Position numbers and translations under genes: made by a program. From Promethearchaeota archaeon (GTDB taxonomy: Archaea; Asgardarchaeota; Lokiarchaeia; Sigyniarchaeales; SOKP01), in contig JBHLOY010000005.1 in the NCBI GenBank assembly GCA_048939995.1, positions 32,001 through 96,000 on the forward strand: 64,000 nucleotides of DNA, in the 5' to 3' direction. Shown piece by piece: positions 36,645-45,701 of the stretch (positions are counted from its first letter, which is position 1; each line of letters begins with the position of its first letter). Under the pieces are notes generated by a model that was given only the letters and a program-made list of their open reading frames with translations, made no database searches and was not told the origin of the DNA.

Positions 36645-37127
36645 ATGAGTGCAGCTAAAGATTTTCGATATCTCATACCTCAACGAATTTTTGATGAGAT
36701 TACTCAAAAAGCAGCTGAAGAATATCCCTATATTATACATTTTTGGATATTTGCGGATAGAAAAGAAAATTTCGGGATTGTAAATAAATTCATAATTAAT
36801 ACAGATTTACGCAAGACTAAAGCTCATGTAAAACCTAGGAGTTGGATGCGCTATAAAAAATCAAAAATCTACAATATGCGTAAGTTCAAGCAGGAGCTCG
36901 GTTGTGACATCGTATGGCAAGGACACTCCCATCCCGGAGGCAACGAGAAGCTTCATGGGATTGACAAGAGGATCCTCAAATATTTATCCAATGGCGTCAT
37001 GATAGTAATAATTCCTCCCGTTCCAGATAAGCAACAAGAACCTCATTTGGTAGGATGGTACTATGATAAGAGATATACTAAAAAACCTATAATAGAAAAA
37101 ATGATTTTTGAGATAATCTCTGAATAG
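36645..37127 (+). CDS. JAB/MPN (JAMM) domain protein, degenerate active site
   Basis: IVWQGHSHPGG..LHGID matches HxH-x10-D; N-terminal IPQRIFDEITQKAAEEYP, but no Glu at the usual PxE.xG position. Confidence 0.7.
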   Translation: MSAAKDFRYLIPQRIFDEITQKAAEEYPYIIHFWIFADRKENFGIVNKFIINTDLRKTKAHVKPRSWMRYKKSKIYNMRKFKQELGCDIVWQGHSHPGGNEKLHGIDKRILKYLSNGVMIVIIPPVPDKQQEPHLVGWYYDKRYTKKPIIEKMIFEIISE

Positions 37128-37263
37128 ACAATAGTAAACTATGCTGCTATTGTCATTCTCTTCTTTTTTAGACTTCTATGCTTATATAAAAAAATTAAGT
37201 AAAATTAAAAAGTTTCCAAATTTTTGATTCTGTAATTTTTACTTATTAGCTGAAGAATTAGCA

Positions 37264-38436
37264 GTGAACGAAATATCCATAATAAATCATGAAATCGAAC
37301 CAATCGAATCAAAAAGAGAATACTTTCTTCAAATTGATATCCTTAAAGCACTAATGATATTTTTGGTAATATTTGATCATACAATTCCTTGGGACTACAA
37401 AGATTATATGGGAGTTGCATTATGGGAAAGAATTTCGATACCAATATTTTTAGTAATATTGGGATTTAATGTAGCACACTCATTTAGGCAAAAAGGACAA
37501 GTAAAGTTAAAAGAACTCTATTCTTGGAGCTATTTCAAGCGCAAATTCTGGCGTTATATTTTTCCATTTTTGATTCTCTATTTTGTGTCAACTCTACTTG
37601 GTTTAATTATTAATGGTTTTGAGGCTTTGACTCAGTTTCAACCTCAATGGGATTATAGTCATCTTATTATTGGAATCTTACCTTTTTGGGGACCGGGGAA
37701 CTGGTTTTTACCGGTGCTTTTTACATCTATTATTCTCTTACCACTCATATATAAAGGGTTTTCAGGCAAATTAATATGGAGAATAATCACTCTTATTGCC
37801 TGCTTCGCGGTTGAAATAGCAGTTCGTTTAATATTTTTCTTCTACGTTTATATGCCAACACACTTGGTATCATTTCCAAGTTGGCAGGCTTTCTATAATT
37901 ACTTGCATACATACCTTTGGGTGGCTACGAGCCCACTTTTTATGCTCTCTGCTATTGGATTAGGTATGTGGATTTCTAAAAATCCAAATGTCTTAGCAAG
38001 ACAAAACAAGTTTATATGGGTTTTATTTTTTTTAAGCTTACTTTATCTTATAGAATATCAATTTTTTGGATTTAGATTCACAGCTTTCGGGCTTCCGCTA
38101 ATACAAGGGGATTATAACTTTTTAGTATTTCCCTATTCTGCTTTTCTATTTCTACGAGCGATGAAGGGATTTCCTAAAAAAAGTAATAATAAATTTTTAA
38201 AATCCATTGCTGTTATAGGGAAAGCAAGTTATCACATCCTCTTAACCCAAATTCTTTACTTTGCCATAGTATATTCTATATATGGGGATCATTATTGCGC
38301 TAGTCTTCTTGGAATAAATTATACCAATATTGGGATATGTTTCTTATATTTACTAATTAATTGGTTATATTGTATTCCCTTTGGTGTCCTCTGGTGGTAT
38401 ACAGAAAACAAAATACGTACTTATCGAAAGGGATAA
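37264..38436 (+). CDS. acyltransferase family 3 (OafA-like) membrane protein
   Basis: QIDILKALMIFLVIFDH, IPIFLVILGF, YFKRKFWRY, WFLPVL, IGKASYHILLTQ; many TM helices. Confidence 0.88.
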   Translation: MNEISIINHEIEPIESKREYFLQIDILKALMIFLVIFDHTIPWDYKDYMGVALWERISIPIFLVILGFNVAHSFRQKGQVKLKELYSWSYFKRKFWRYIFPFLILYFVSTLLGLIINGFEALTQFQPQWDYSHLIIGILPFWGPGNWFLPVLFTSIILLPLIYKGFSGKLIWRIITLIACFAVEIAVRLIFFFYVYMPTHLVSFPSWQAFYNYLHTYLWVATSPLFMLSAIGLGMWISKNPNVLARQNKFIWVLFFLSLLYLIEYQFFGFRFTAFGLPLIQGDYNFLVFPYSAFLFLRAMKGFPKKSNNKFLKSIAVIGKASYHILLTQILYFAIVYSIYGDHYCASLLGINYTNIGICFLYLLINWLYCIPFGVLWWYTENKIRTYRKG

Positions 38437-38561
38437 ATTGGATTAAATTAAAATGACTATAATTTTCATAAAATGGAGTTTATTCCTTTTTAATGAAAAA
38501 ATATTAAAATTTTGGATTTTTATATGCAAAATATAGATAAAGTTGCTATTAGGAGAATTAT

Positions 38562-38664
38562 GCTCAGGTCGCTTAGCCTGGTAGAGCGTATATAACGTGC
38601 CTAAAGCGCCGGTCTGCTAAACCGGTGTCCGATGGACCCGTGGGTTCGAATCCCACCCTGAGCG
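38562..38664 (+). tRNA. tRNA-Ser(GCT) with D-loop intron (38586-38603, about 21/22)
   Basis: GCTCAGG/CCTGAGC acceptor, CCGGT-CT-GCT-AA-ACCGG, long variable arm, GTGGG-TTCGAAT-CCCAC; GGTA/TGCC central helix with 3-nt bulges. Confidence 0.9.
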
Positions 38665-38684
38665 TCTCTATAAAGTATATATAA

Positions 38685-38757
38685 GGGCTCGTGGTCTAGT
38701 GGTTATGACGTCGCGCTTACACCGCGAAGGTCGGGAGTTCGATCCTCCCCGAGCCCA
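38685..38757 (+). tRNA. tRNA-Val(TAC), no intron
   Basis: GGGCTCG/CGAGCCC-A, TCGCG-CT-TAC-AC-CGCGA, GGGAG-TTCGATC-CTCCC. Confidence 0.95.
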
Positions 38758-39546
38758 CTAATCTCCAAATAGATTCTTTATTCTTTCGGCTCTAATAGCA
38801 CTTATTTTACAATTGATTAAATATTTACCAATTTCAGAGATTATTCCAGGAGCCTCGGTTCCTTCTTTTAATCTCACAATACTCTCTAAGAAACCATAAC
38901 TTCCTAAAGAGATAATATCTCTTATATGATTAGTTCTAGTAAGAGCATTTTTTACTTTTCCTATTGTTTCTCCACTAATGAAAACACTATCTATATCATC
39001 GCTTATTAATTCTCTATAAAAGCGTAAAGTATCGTCTGCGAATATTCCCTCAATGTGAGCTTTCTCTTTATCCACTTTTTCAATTTTAACAAAAACTGGA
39101 AAATTGTTTATGAAATCATATTTTTTAATAACTTCTGAAATAGAAATCTTTTTCCCACTGCATAATTGATTCCTGATGGCGTAAAGTGTTATTAATACAT
39201 CAGTTTTGGGATTTAATATACCACAATCAACAAAGATGCCAAATCCAACCTTTCCTACATCTACCATTAAAGCTTTATATACGTCTCCAATAGATACGTT
39301 ATCAAAAATCTTAATAGCACCAATTTCTTTTTTTAAAAAGTTGCAGACGAAAACTTCCTCAGGACCATTGATTTCAATTTCAAATCTACTATCGTAAGGC
39401 CTTAACTTTTTTATTCTAATTTTTGTATTTGGAAAAGCCTTTATCTTTTTATTTAAATATCTTAAATATTTAGAGAAGTAACTTTTTTTTTTTTCTTCTG
39501 ATGAGAGATTATAAATCTTATCTATAAGAACTAATTTTTTAACCAT
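38758..39546 (-). CDS. DUF2110-like archaeal protein (S1-like domain)
   Basis: GPEEVFVCNFLKKEIG, VDVGKVGFGIFVDCG, HIRDII, EGTEAPGIISEIGKYL. Confidence 0.75.
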   Translation of the reverse strand: MVKKLVLIDKIYNLSSEEKKKSYFSKYLRYLNKKIKAFPNTKIRIKKLRPYDSRFEIEINGPEEVFVCNFLKKEIGAIKIFDNVSIGDVYKALMVDVGKVGFGIFVDCGILNPKTDVLITLYAIRNQLCSGKKISISEVIKKYDFINNFPVFVKIEKVDKEKAHIEGIFADDTLRFYRELISDDIDSVFISGETIGKVKNALTRTNHIRDIISLGSYGFLESIVRLKEGTEAPGIISEIGKYLINCKISAIRAERIKNLFGD

Positions 39547-39658
39547 TTATTAAAATAAGACCTTTGATTGTAATAGGTTTAATAAAATAATAAAATCCAA
39601 AAAAATATTTTGTTTTTTCCAATATTTAGTCCTAAGAAGATTTAAATTTAAATAATTT

Positions 39659-40075
39659 ATGTTAGATTACACGATAAAAATAAATCTAAATTTGATAAGA
39701 GTTATGGATGAGCAAAGATTTTTTGATTTAGTCGCAGCATTAAGAGAATATGAGGGAACTGAAGAGATTTTTTTATTAAATGCTAATGGTGAAATTCTTT
39801 TTATGTCTGAAAATTTTTCATTGACCAAAGAAGAGGCGAAAGAAATACTAGACGCTTGGAAAGAGAGTAAACCTGCTCTTACATTCCAAAATTTCAGATT
39901 CGCAATATTAAAGAACGATGATATTCAGCTAGCAGCGAAAAACATCACTCAAGGAAAAGGAAATATTGTTGGGTCTATAACAAAAGAAGGAGATTACCTT
40001 GTTGCTCATACAAGAGACGAGGGGATGATCTTACTAGAATGGTCAATATTCATTAACAAAGTTGCATGGAGTTAG
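39659..40075 (+). CDS. profilin-like protein (Asgard eukaryotic signature protein)
   Basis: About 123 aa from ATG 39704; IFLLNANGEILFMSENFSLTKEE, LTFQNFRFAILKNDD, KGNIV follow the profilin secondary-structure pattern. Confidence 0.75.
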   Translation: MLDYTIKINLNLIRVMDEQRFFDLVAALREYEGTEEIFLLNANGEILFMSENFSLTKEEAKEILDAWKESKPALTFQNFRFAILKNDDIQLAAKNITQGKGNIVGSITKEGDYLVAHTRDEGMILLEWSIFINKVAWS

Positions 40076-40093
40076 GACTAATTTTTTTTAGTC

Positions 40094-40120
40094 TTATTCA
40101 AATCATGGAGATTTGAATAA
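40094..40120. repeat. perfect 11-bp inverted repeat TTATTCAAATC-N5-GATTTGAATAA
   Basis: Read directly; lies between the profilin stop and psmA. Confidence 0.8.
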
Positions 40121-40228
40121 ATCTTTAAAACATTAAAAAAAAATATAAATTGAATTATTTATTACTTCAATTTAATCAGTAAAAAATAATGTAAATAAAT
40201 AAAATTAAAAAAGTTAAAGGAGTTTATA

Positions 40229-40954
40229 ATGTTCCAGCAAGCAGGAAGAGGTTATGATATGGCTATAACTCAATTTTCCCCAGAAGGTCGTCTATTTCAG
40301 GTGGAATATGCCATTGAGGCTGTACGGAGAGGGACGACGGCTATTTGTTGTAGAAATAAGCATTCTGTTGTATTTGCCGTCGAAAAGAAGAGCTCTGAGC
40401 TGCAAGAGGTTATTGGTTCAGAGAAAATTTTTAAGATTGATGACCATATTGGAGTGGCGATTGCTGGACTTACGGCAGACGCGCGCGTTCTAGTTGATAG
40501 AGCGCGTGTCCAAGCTCAGGTTAACCTTTTGAATTATGATGAGAAAATTTCTGTGAAGGATTCAACTTTAAACATTTGTGAATATTTACAATTATTTACC
40601 CAAAATGCAGGAGTTAGACCATTTGGTGTAAGTTTACTCATTGGTGGAATAGATCCTGATGGTAATGCTGTTTTATATTTGACGGATCCTTCAGGAGCTT
40701 CATGGGGATACAAAGCATTCGCAATAGGTTCAGGAGCATCTGAAGCAAGGGCTTATCTTGAAGAGCATTATAAGGAGGATATCAATGAGGAAGAACTTAA
40801 ACTACTTCCACTGAGGACGTTAAAGGAAATAATGGGAGATAATTTGAATAAAAATAGTTGTGATATTGCTTTCATATTAAAAGATGATGTGTCATTTAGA
40901 TTGTTAAATTTGAAAGAAAAGGAAGAATTACTAGCTAAACTTGTAACTTCCTAA
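40229..40954 (+). CDS. psmA: proteasome subunit alpha
   Basis: GYDMAITQFSPEGRLFQVEYA, GLTADAR, RPFGVSLL, TDPSG, AIGSG. Confidence 0.97.
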   Translation: MFQQAGRGYDMAITQFSPEGRLFQVEYAIEAVRRGTTAICCRNKHSVVFAVEKKSSELQEVIGSEKIFKIDDHIGVAIAGLTADARVLVDRARVQAQVNLLNYDEKISVKDSTLNICEYLQLFTQNAGVRPFGVSLLIGGIDPDGNAVLYLTDPSGASWGYKAFAIGSGASEARAYLEEHYKEDINEEELKLLPLRTLKEIMGDNLNKNSCDIAFILKDDVSFRLLNLKEKEELLAKLVTS

Positions 40955-41028
40955 AAATTCAAGGTTAGCCTTTAAAGTTAAAAAGACAATACGTAAGCTC
41001 TCAGTATAGGGAAGAGGTCCATTGTATT

Positions 41029-41820
41029 ATGATCGATAGAGCTCGAATTGATTTAGGAGATTTCATTGTTGGACGTGTTGAGAAAGAAGGGAGAGTATTT
41101 GAGATGCTATTAGATCCCGAAAGAGCTTGGGAAGCAAAAAAAATTGTTCGGGATGAAATTAATAAACGTCTTAAGGAAGGAAGTGAAAAATCTCGTCTTA
41201 CTGTTCAAGAAATCTTGAATCATCCTAAAATTTCAATAGATTTAATTTTTGAAAGTTTTATAGTTTTTGAGGATTTAAGGCGGGGTAAAAAAGCAACTGA
41301 CGGGGATATGGAAGCAATATTTAATACTACAGATGGTAGATTAATTGCATGCCATATGTTATTAGATGGTGATATTCAATGGACAAAAACTCAACGAGAA
41401 GAAGAAAGGGATAAGAAATTGAAACAGATTATAACTATAATAACCAAAAATGCTATTAATCCACAAAATAACAAACCACATCCGTATCAAAGAATTGAAA
41501 AAGCAATTGAGGAAGCAAAGGTTAAGATCGATTTAATGAGAAATGCTGAAGAACAAGTTGATGATGTTGTTAAGAGTATCAGAGCGATAATCCCTATAAG
41601 AATGGAACAGGTAGAAATAGCAATAAAGATTCCTTCAGCATTTACAGCTAAAGGTTATAATATCGTTGCCCAAATAGCTCATATTAAAAAAGAAGAATGG
41701 CAATCAGATGGTTCTTGGGTTTCTGTTGTTAATTTACCAGCGGGATTACAAATGGAATTAATTGATAAGTTGAATAAGTTAACACATGGAAGAGTTCAAA
41801 CGAAATTATTAAAATCCTAG
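41029..41820 (+). CDS. ribosome maturation factor SBDS/Sdo1
   Basis: GRVFEML, GDIQWT..QR, INPQNNKPHP..RIEKAIEEA, KEEWQSDGSW, PAGLQ. Confidence 0.95.
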   Translation: MIDRARIDLGDFIVGRVEKEGRVFEMLLDPERAWEAKKIVRDEINKRLKEGSEKSRLTVQEILNHPKISIDLIFESFIVFEDLRRGKKATDGDMEAIFNTTDGRLIACHMLLDGDIQWTKTQREEERDKKLKQIITIITKNAINPQNNKPHPYQRIEKAIEEAKVKIDLMRNAEEQVDDVVKSIRAIIPIRMEQVEIAIKIPSAFTAKGYNIVAQIAHIKKEEWQSDGSWVSVVNLPAGLQMELIDKLNKLTHGRVQTKLLKS

Positions 41821-41893
41821 TCAAAATTTTTTAATTAATTTTTGTTTATATTATTTTTTCATTGATTAGGTTCAATACTTAAAAAAAACATAA

Positions 41894-42685
41894 GTGATAC
41901 TAAATATGGAAAATGAGGAATTTGATTCTGAAGAATTCGATGATTTTGAAGATTCAGAACCCACTAGGGATTTGGTTGTACCAGGAGAAGTTTTAACAAA
42001 AGATGTTGATCATTTCCTCCCCGGAAGAGGCACAATTTTAAATGAACAAAAAGATAAGATCATCTCTTTAAATATCGGTTTAAAAAATATTCAGAAGAAT
42101 TATATAAATGTAATTCCTCTGAGAGGCTTCTATACTCCTCGGCCTGGAGATAAGGTAATTGCACTAGTTGTAGATAAGAATCCAGTGAAGTATAAATGTG
42201 ACATTAATGCTAGGGATTTTGCTCTTCTAAAACCAAAAAATACCTTTAAGAGAAGTAAAATTAAATTTAGAGGTGGTGGAGGAGGGGAACCACCCAGTGA
42301 CTCATCAACAGAGATGTATTCAATAGGTGATATTTTAGTTGCAAAAGTCATTTCTGCTGATCGTTTAAATAAACCAGAATTAACAACAGTAGGCAAATAT
42401 TTGGGGAAAAAATCTAACGGAATTGTAATTTCAATAGATCCTCCAAAAATTCCACGTGTGATAGGGCGGGATGGTTCAATGATTAAATTATTGAAAAATT
42501 TAACTAAATGTAATATTTTTGTAACTCAAAATGGTCGTATTTGGTTGAAAGGAGAAGATATATCTCATGAAAAATTATTGATTGATTCAATAAGGAAGAT
42601 TGAAAAGGAAGCTCACACTGTGGGGTTAACAGATAGAATGTCAGAATTTGTTGAAAATGAAAAAAAAAAAAGAGGTATAAAATAA
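41894..42685 (+). CDS. rrp4: exosome RNA-binding subunit Rrp4
   Basis: LVVPGE, YTPRPGDKVI S1 domain, PKIPRVIGRDGSMI KH domain, QNGRIW, EAHTVGLTDR. Confidence 0.95.
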   Translation: MILNMENEEFDSEEFDDFEDSEPTRDLVVPGEVLTKDVDHFLPGRGTILNEQKDKIISLNIGLKNIQKNYINVIPLRGFYTPRPGDKVIALVVDKNPVKYKCDINARDFALLKPKNTFKRSKIKFRGGGGGEPPSDSSTEMYSIGDILVAKVISADRLNKPELTTVGKYLGKKSNGIVISIDPPKIPRVIGRDGSMIKLLKNLTKCNIFVTQNGRIWLKGEDISHEKLLIDSIRKIEKEAHTVGLTDRMSEFVENEKKKRGIK

Positions 42686-43453
42686 ATGACATTGTTAATA
42701 AAAGATGAATACCCAGAAAAATTATTTCGAGAAGATGGTAAAAGATTAGATGGCCGAGATCTTGATGAATTAAGGCCAATAAAAATGGAAATTGGAGTAA
42801 TTAGTAATGCTGATGGATCAGCTTATTTAGAGTGGGGAAATAACAAGATTTTTGCTGCAGTATATGGCCCTAGAGAAGTTCACCCACATCATTTAGCTAA
42901 ACCAGATAGAGGTATCTTAAGAGTATTTTATCGAATGGCTACTTTTTCTGTGTTTGAGAGAAAACGACCTGCTCCAGGTCGTCGAGAAAAAGAAATCTCT
43001 ATGATTATTACAGAATGCCTAGAACCTGTTTTATTTCTTGAACTTTATCCAGGAACAGCTTTTGAAGTATTTATTGATGTTATGGATGCTGATGGAGGAA
43101 CAAGATGCGCTAGTACCACACTTGCCGCGCTAGCTTTAGCAGATGCAGGAATCCCGATGAAAAGTTTAGTTTCTTCTGTCGCAGTAGGGAAAATAGACGG
43201 AAAACTAGTTGTCGACTTATCGGGTGTTGAAGATAAAGCTGGTGAAGCAGATCTACCGTGTGCTATAACGTGGTTTAATGAAGAAATCTCTTTATTACAA
43301 TTTGATGGTGATATGGATTTAGCTGAATTAGATAGTTTTTTGGATCTAGCTATGCAAGCAATGAAAAAGATCTATGAGATACAATTAACTGCATTAAAAA
43401 GCAAATACGTTAATATTCAAGAGGAATACAGTGGAGGCGAAGAAAAGCAATGA
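42686..43453 (+). CDS. rrp41: exosome subunit Rrp41
   Basis: RLDGR..ELRP, ADGSAY, VYGPRE, PGRREKEIS, ADGGTR. Confidence 0.96.
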   Translation: MTLLIKDEYPEKLFREDGKRLDGRDLDELRPIKMEIGVISNADGSAYLEWGNNKIFAAVYGPREVHPHHLAKPDRGILRVFYRMATFSVFERKRPAPGRREKEISMIITECLEPVLFLELYPGTAFEVFIDVMDADGGTRCASTTLAALALADAGIPMKSLVSSVAVGKIDGKLVVDLSGVEDKAGEADLPCAITWFNEEISLLQFDGDMDLAELDSFLDLAMQAMKKIYEIQLTALKSKYVNIQEEYSGGEEKQ

Positions 43454-44277
43454 TGAATGTAAGGAGAGTAATTTCTACGATTGAAAGAAATTATATTATA
43501 AATAATTTGAAGAATGAGCAGAGAATTGACGGAAGAGGTTTATGGGATTATCGAGAATGGAAAATAAAGCATGATTTTATTGATTCAGCGGAGGGTTCGG
43601 CTGATGTATCTCTTGGGGATACAAGAATAATAACCGGATTAAAGTATGAAATCGGGGAACCATTTCCAGATATTCCAAATGAAGGTGTATGTACCATAAT
43701 GGCAGAGTTATTACCATTGGCATCACCTTTGTTTGAAAGAGGTCCCCCTGATGAGCAATCCATAGAACTTGCTCGTGTAGTTGATAGAGGGATAAGACAC
43801 GCGGATTGTATCCAAACTAAAAAACTCTGTTTAAAAGAGAACGAAGCTGTGTATATATTATTTGTTGATCTTTACGTAATCAACTATTCAGGGAATTTAA
43901 TTGATGCAGGAGGAATAAGTGCCTTAACAGCTTTAATATCAAGCCATATTCCAGAAGGAAAATGGGTTGATGATCATGTAGAGTGGACTGGGAAATATAT
44001 TACTGGAGAAACAATTGTTAAAGAACTTCCAATTGTTTTAACATTTGGAAAAATTGATGATATAATATTTTTAGATCCAAATTTACCAGAAGAATTAATT
44101 TGCGATGGAAGAATATCTATTGCGGTTACTAAAGATAAAATCACCTCAATTCAAAAAAGTGGGTCATCAACGTTTTCAATTGATGAAATAAGAATGCTGA
44201 GTAAAAAAGCTTTAGATTTAGGTAAGAAGATGCGTGAAAGTTTAAATCTCTGGCAATATAAAGTCAATATTGATTAA
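43450..44277 (+). CDS. rrp42: exosome subunit Rrp42
   Basis: RIDGRG, AEGSA, PFPDIPNEG, GPPDEQSIELARVVDRGIR, GNLIDA, SIQKSG. Confidence 0.96.
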   Translation: MMNVRRVISTIERNYIINNLKNEQRIDGRGLWDYREWKIKHDFIDSAEGSADVSLGDTRIITGLKYEIGEPFPDIPNEGVCTIMAELLPLASPLFERGPPDEQSIELARVVDRGIRHADCIQTKKLCLKENEAVYILFVDLYVINYSGNLIDAGGISALTALISSHIPEGKWVDDHVEWTGKYITGETIVKELPIVLTFGKIDDIIFLDPNLPEELICDGRISIAVTKDKITSIQKSGSSTFSIDEIRMLSKKALDLGKKMRESLNLWQYKVNID

Positions 44278-44670
44278 TTTTTTCTATTTTTTCTATTTTA
44301 AGTTTTATATATTATAATTCATTATTTTTGATTCTGCTAACCAGGAACTCGTTCTAACATAAAACTTCCAAATGATTGGACTAAAGCCGCTTTGTTACCT
44401 CTTTCATCCTTGAATGGTATGGGTATAATCGTTCCAACTCTGGCTTTAAGATTATGTTTTTTCCATAATGATCAATTAATTCCAATTCTGAACTAAGGAG
44501 TAAATTGAAATATATGATTCATAAGCTTTTGTGGTTATAACATATCCATCTGGCTGTATTAAAACACTATATAATCCTTTAATTTCTAAAATTAGAAAAG
44601 AAAACTCAAAACTAGAAAAATTTATAGTTAATAGAATTTTTTATTTAAACACTAAACTTAAAAATTCACT

Positions 44671-44970
44671 GTGTTAAAGATGGGAAGAACAAAAAAAACT
44701 GGCATTTCTGCCACTTTCGGTGCTCGCTACGGTTCTAATGTACGAAAAAAATGGAAATTGATTATGGAACAACAAAACAGTAAGAAACTTAAATGCCCAA
44801 GATGCGAGACTAAAGGATCTATACGAAGAATATCTACTGGGATATGGTATTGTAAAAAGTGTGAAGCTCGATTTACAGGTGGGGCATACACAATTGAAAC
44901 ACCCAGAGGATCAGAATCTTTTAGGATCGCAAAAAGAAAACAGAGAGAATTAGAAGTAACCGAAGAGTAA
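44671..44970 (+). CDS. rpl37ae: 50S ribosomal protein L37Ae
   Basis: GRTKKTG..FGARYG, CPRC, GIWYCKKC..FTGGAY; start probably ATG 44680. Confidence 0.96.
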   Translation: MLKMGRTKKTGISATFGARYGSNVRKKWKLIMEQQNSKKLKCPRCETKGSIRRISTGIWYCKKCEARFTGGAYTIETPRGSESFRIAKRKQRELEVTEE

Positions 44971-45239
44971 TGAGCAAAAATAATTATTTTACTATTAAAT
45001 CAATAGTGGAATTTAATTTTAAAGATCCTAATTTATGTGAAATCTCTTATAACTCTTACTTACCTGAATTAAATGTAAGAAAATTGAAGAGATCATTAAT
45101 AACAATGGAAAAAGAAGAAAGATCCATTACTTTTAAGATAGAGAGCAAAGATATTACTGCTTTCAGAGCAGCAATTAATGAAATCATAGGATTTGGTAAG
45201 ATCATTAATAATACATTAAGAATTGTCAATGGTTCTTAA
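44970..45239 (+). CDS. pcc1: KEOPS subunit Pcc1
   Basis: SYLPE, RSLITM, KIESKDITAFRAAIN; conserved position after rpl37ae. Confidence 0.88.
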   Translation: MSKNNYFTIKSIVEFNFKDPNLCEISYNSYLPELNVRKLKRSLITMEKEERSITFKIESKDITAFRAAINEIIGFGKIINNTLRIVNGS

Positions 45240-45243
45240 AATG

Positions 45244-45289
45244 TAATTTATATTCGTAAATTTCATAATTTATATTCGTAAATTTCATA
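45244..45289. repeat. 22-bp tandem duplication (TAATTTATATTCGTAAATTTCA x2)
   Basis: Exact copies at 45244-45265 and 45266-45287. Confidence 0.85.
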
Positions 45290-45336
45290 TTATTTTATAT
45301 ATTCTAAAAACTAAAAAATTGAATTGGTTAAATTAA

Positions 45337-45693
45337 ATGACAATAAATTATGATCAATTAGATGAAGAAACAAAGAAAAAAATTCAAAATCTATCTGCTC
45401 TAAGTCAGAGTTTAGAATTTCTCACTCAGCAAAAGATTCAGATCGAATCATCACTAAGAGAAACAGAATTAGCAATCGAAAGTTTAACTGAAGCTACACC
45501 TGAAACAGTTGTTTATAAAAATATAGGAGGCGTAATGGTGAGAAGTACAAGGGATAAATTGCTTGATGATAAAAAAAATTTGAAAGTTACACTTGAAATG
45601 AGGCTAAAAACTCTACAGCAAAAATTAGATAGAACTAAAACCAGTTTAGAAAGTTTACAAAAGTCTCTCCAAGCCGATTTACAAAATAAATAA
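45337..45693 (+). CDS. pfdB: prefoldin beta subunit
   Basis: Coiled coil, VYKNIGGVMV beta-hairpin, coiled coil; conserved superoperon position. Confidence 0.93.
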   Translation: MTINYDQLDEETKKKIQNLSALSQSLEFLTQQKIQIESSLRETELAIESLTEATPETVVYKNIGGVMVRSTRDKLLDDKKNLKVTLEMRLKTLQQKLDRTKTSLESLQKSLQADLQNK

Positions 45694-45701
45694 GAAAAGT
45701 T

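Noticed and set aside
36468-38561. JAB and acyltransferase genes between tRNAs as an integrated element
   Set aside because: No integrase, no duplicated tRNA 3' end, no att repeats seen
41029-42685. Insertions in SBDS (~30 aa) and Rrp4 (RGGGGG loop)
   Set aside because: Probably lineage-specific surface loops; no intein or other motif
45244-45289. Tandem repeat as a CRISPR array
   Set aside because: Two adjacent copies with no spacer and no cas genes
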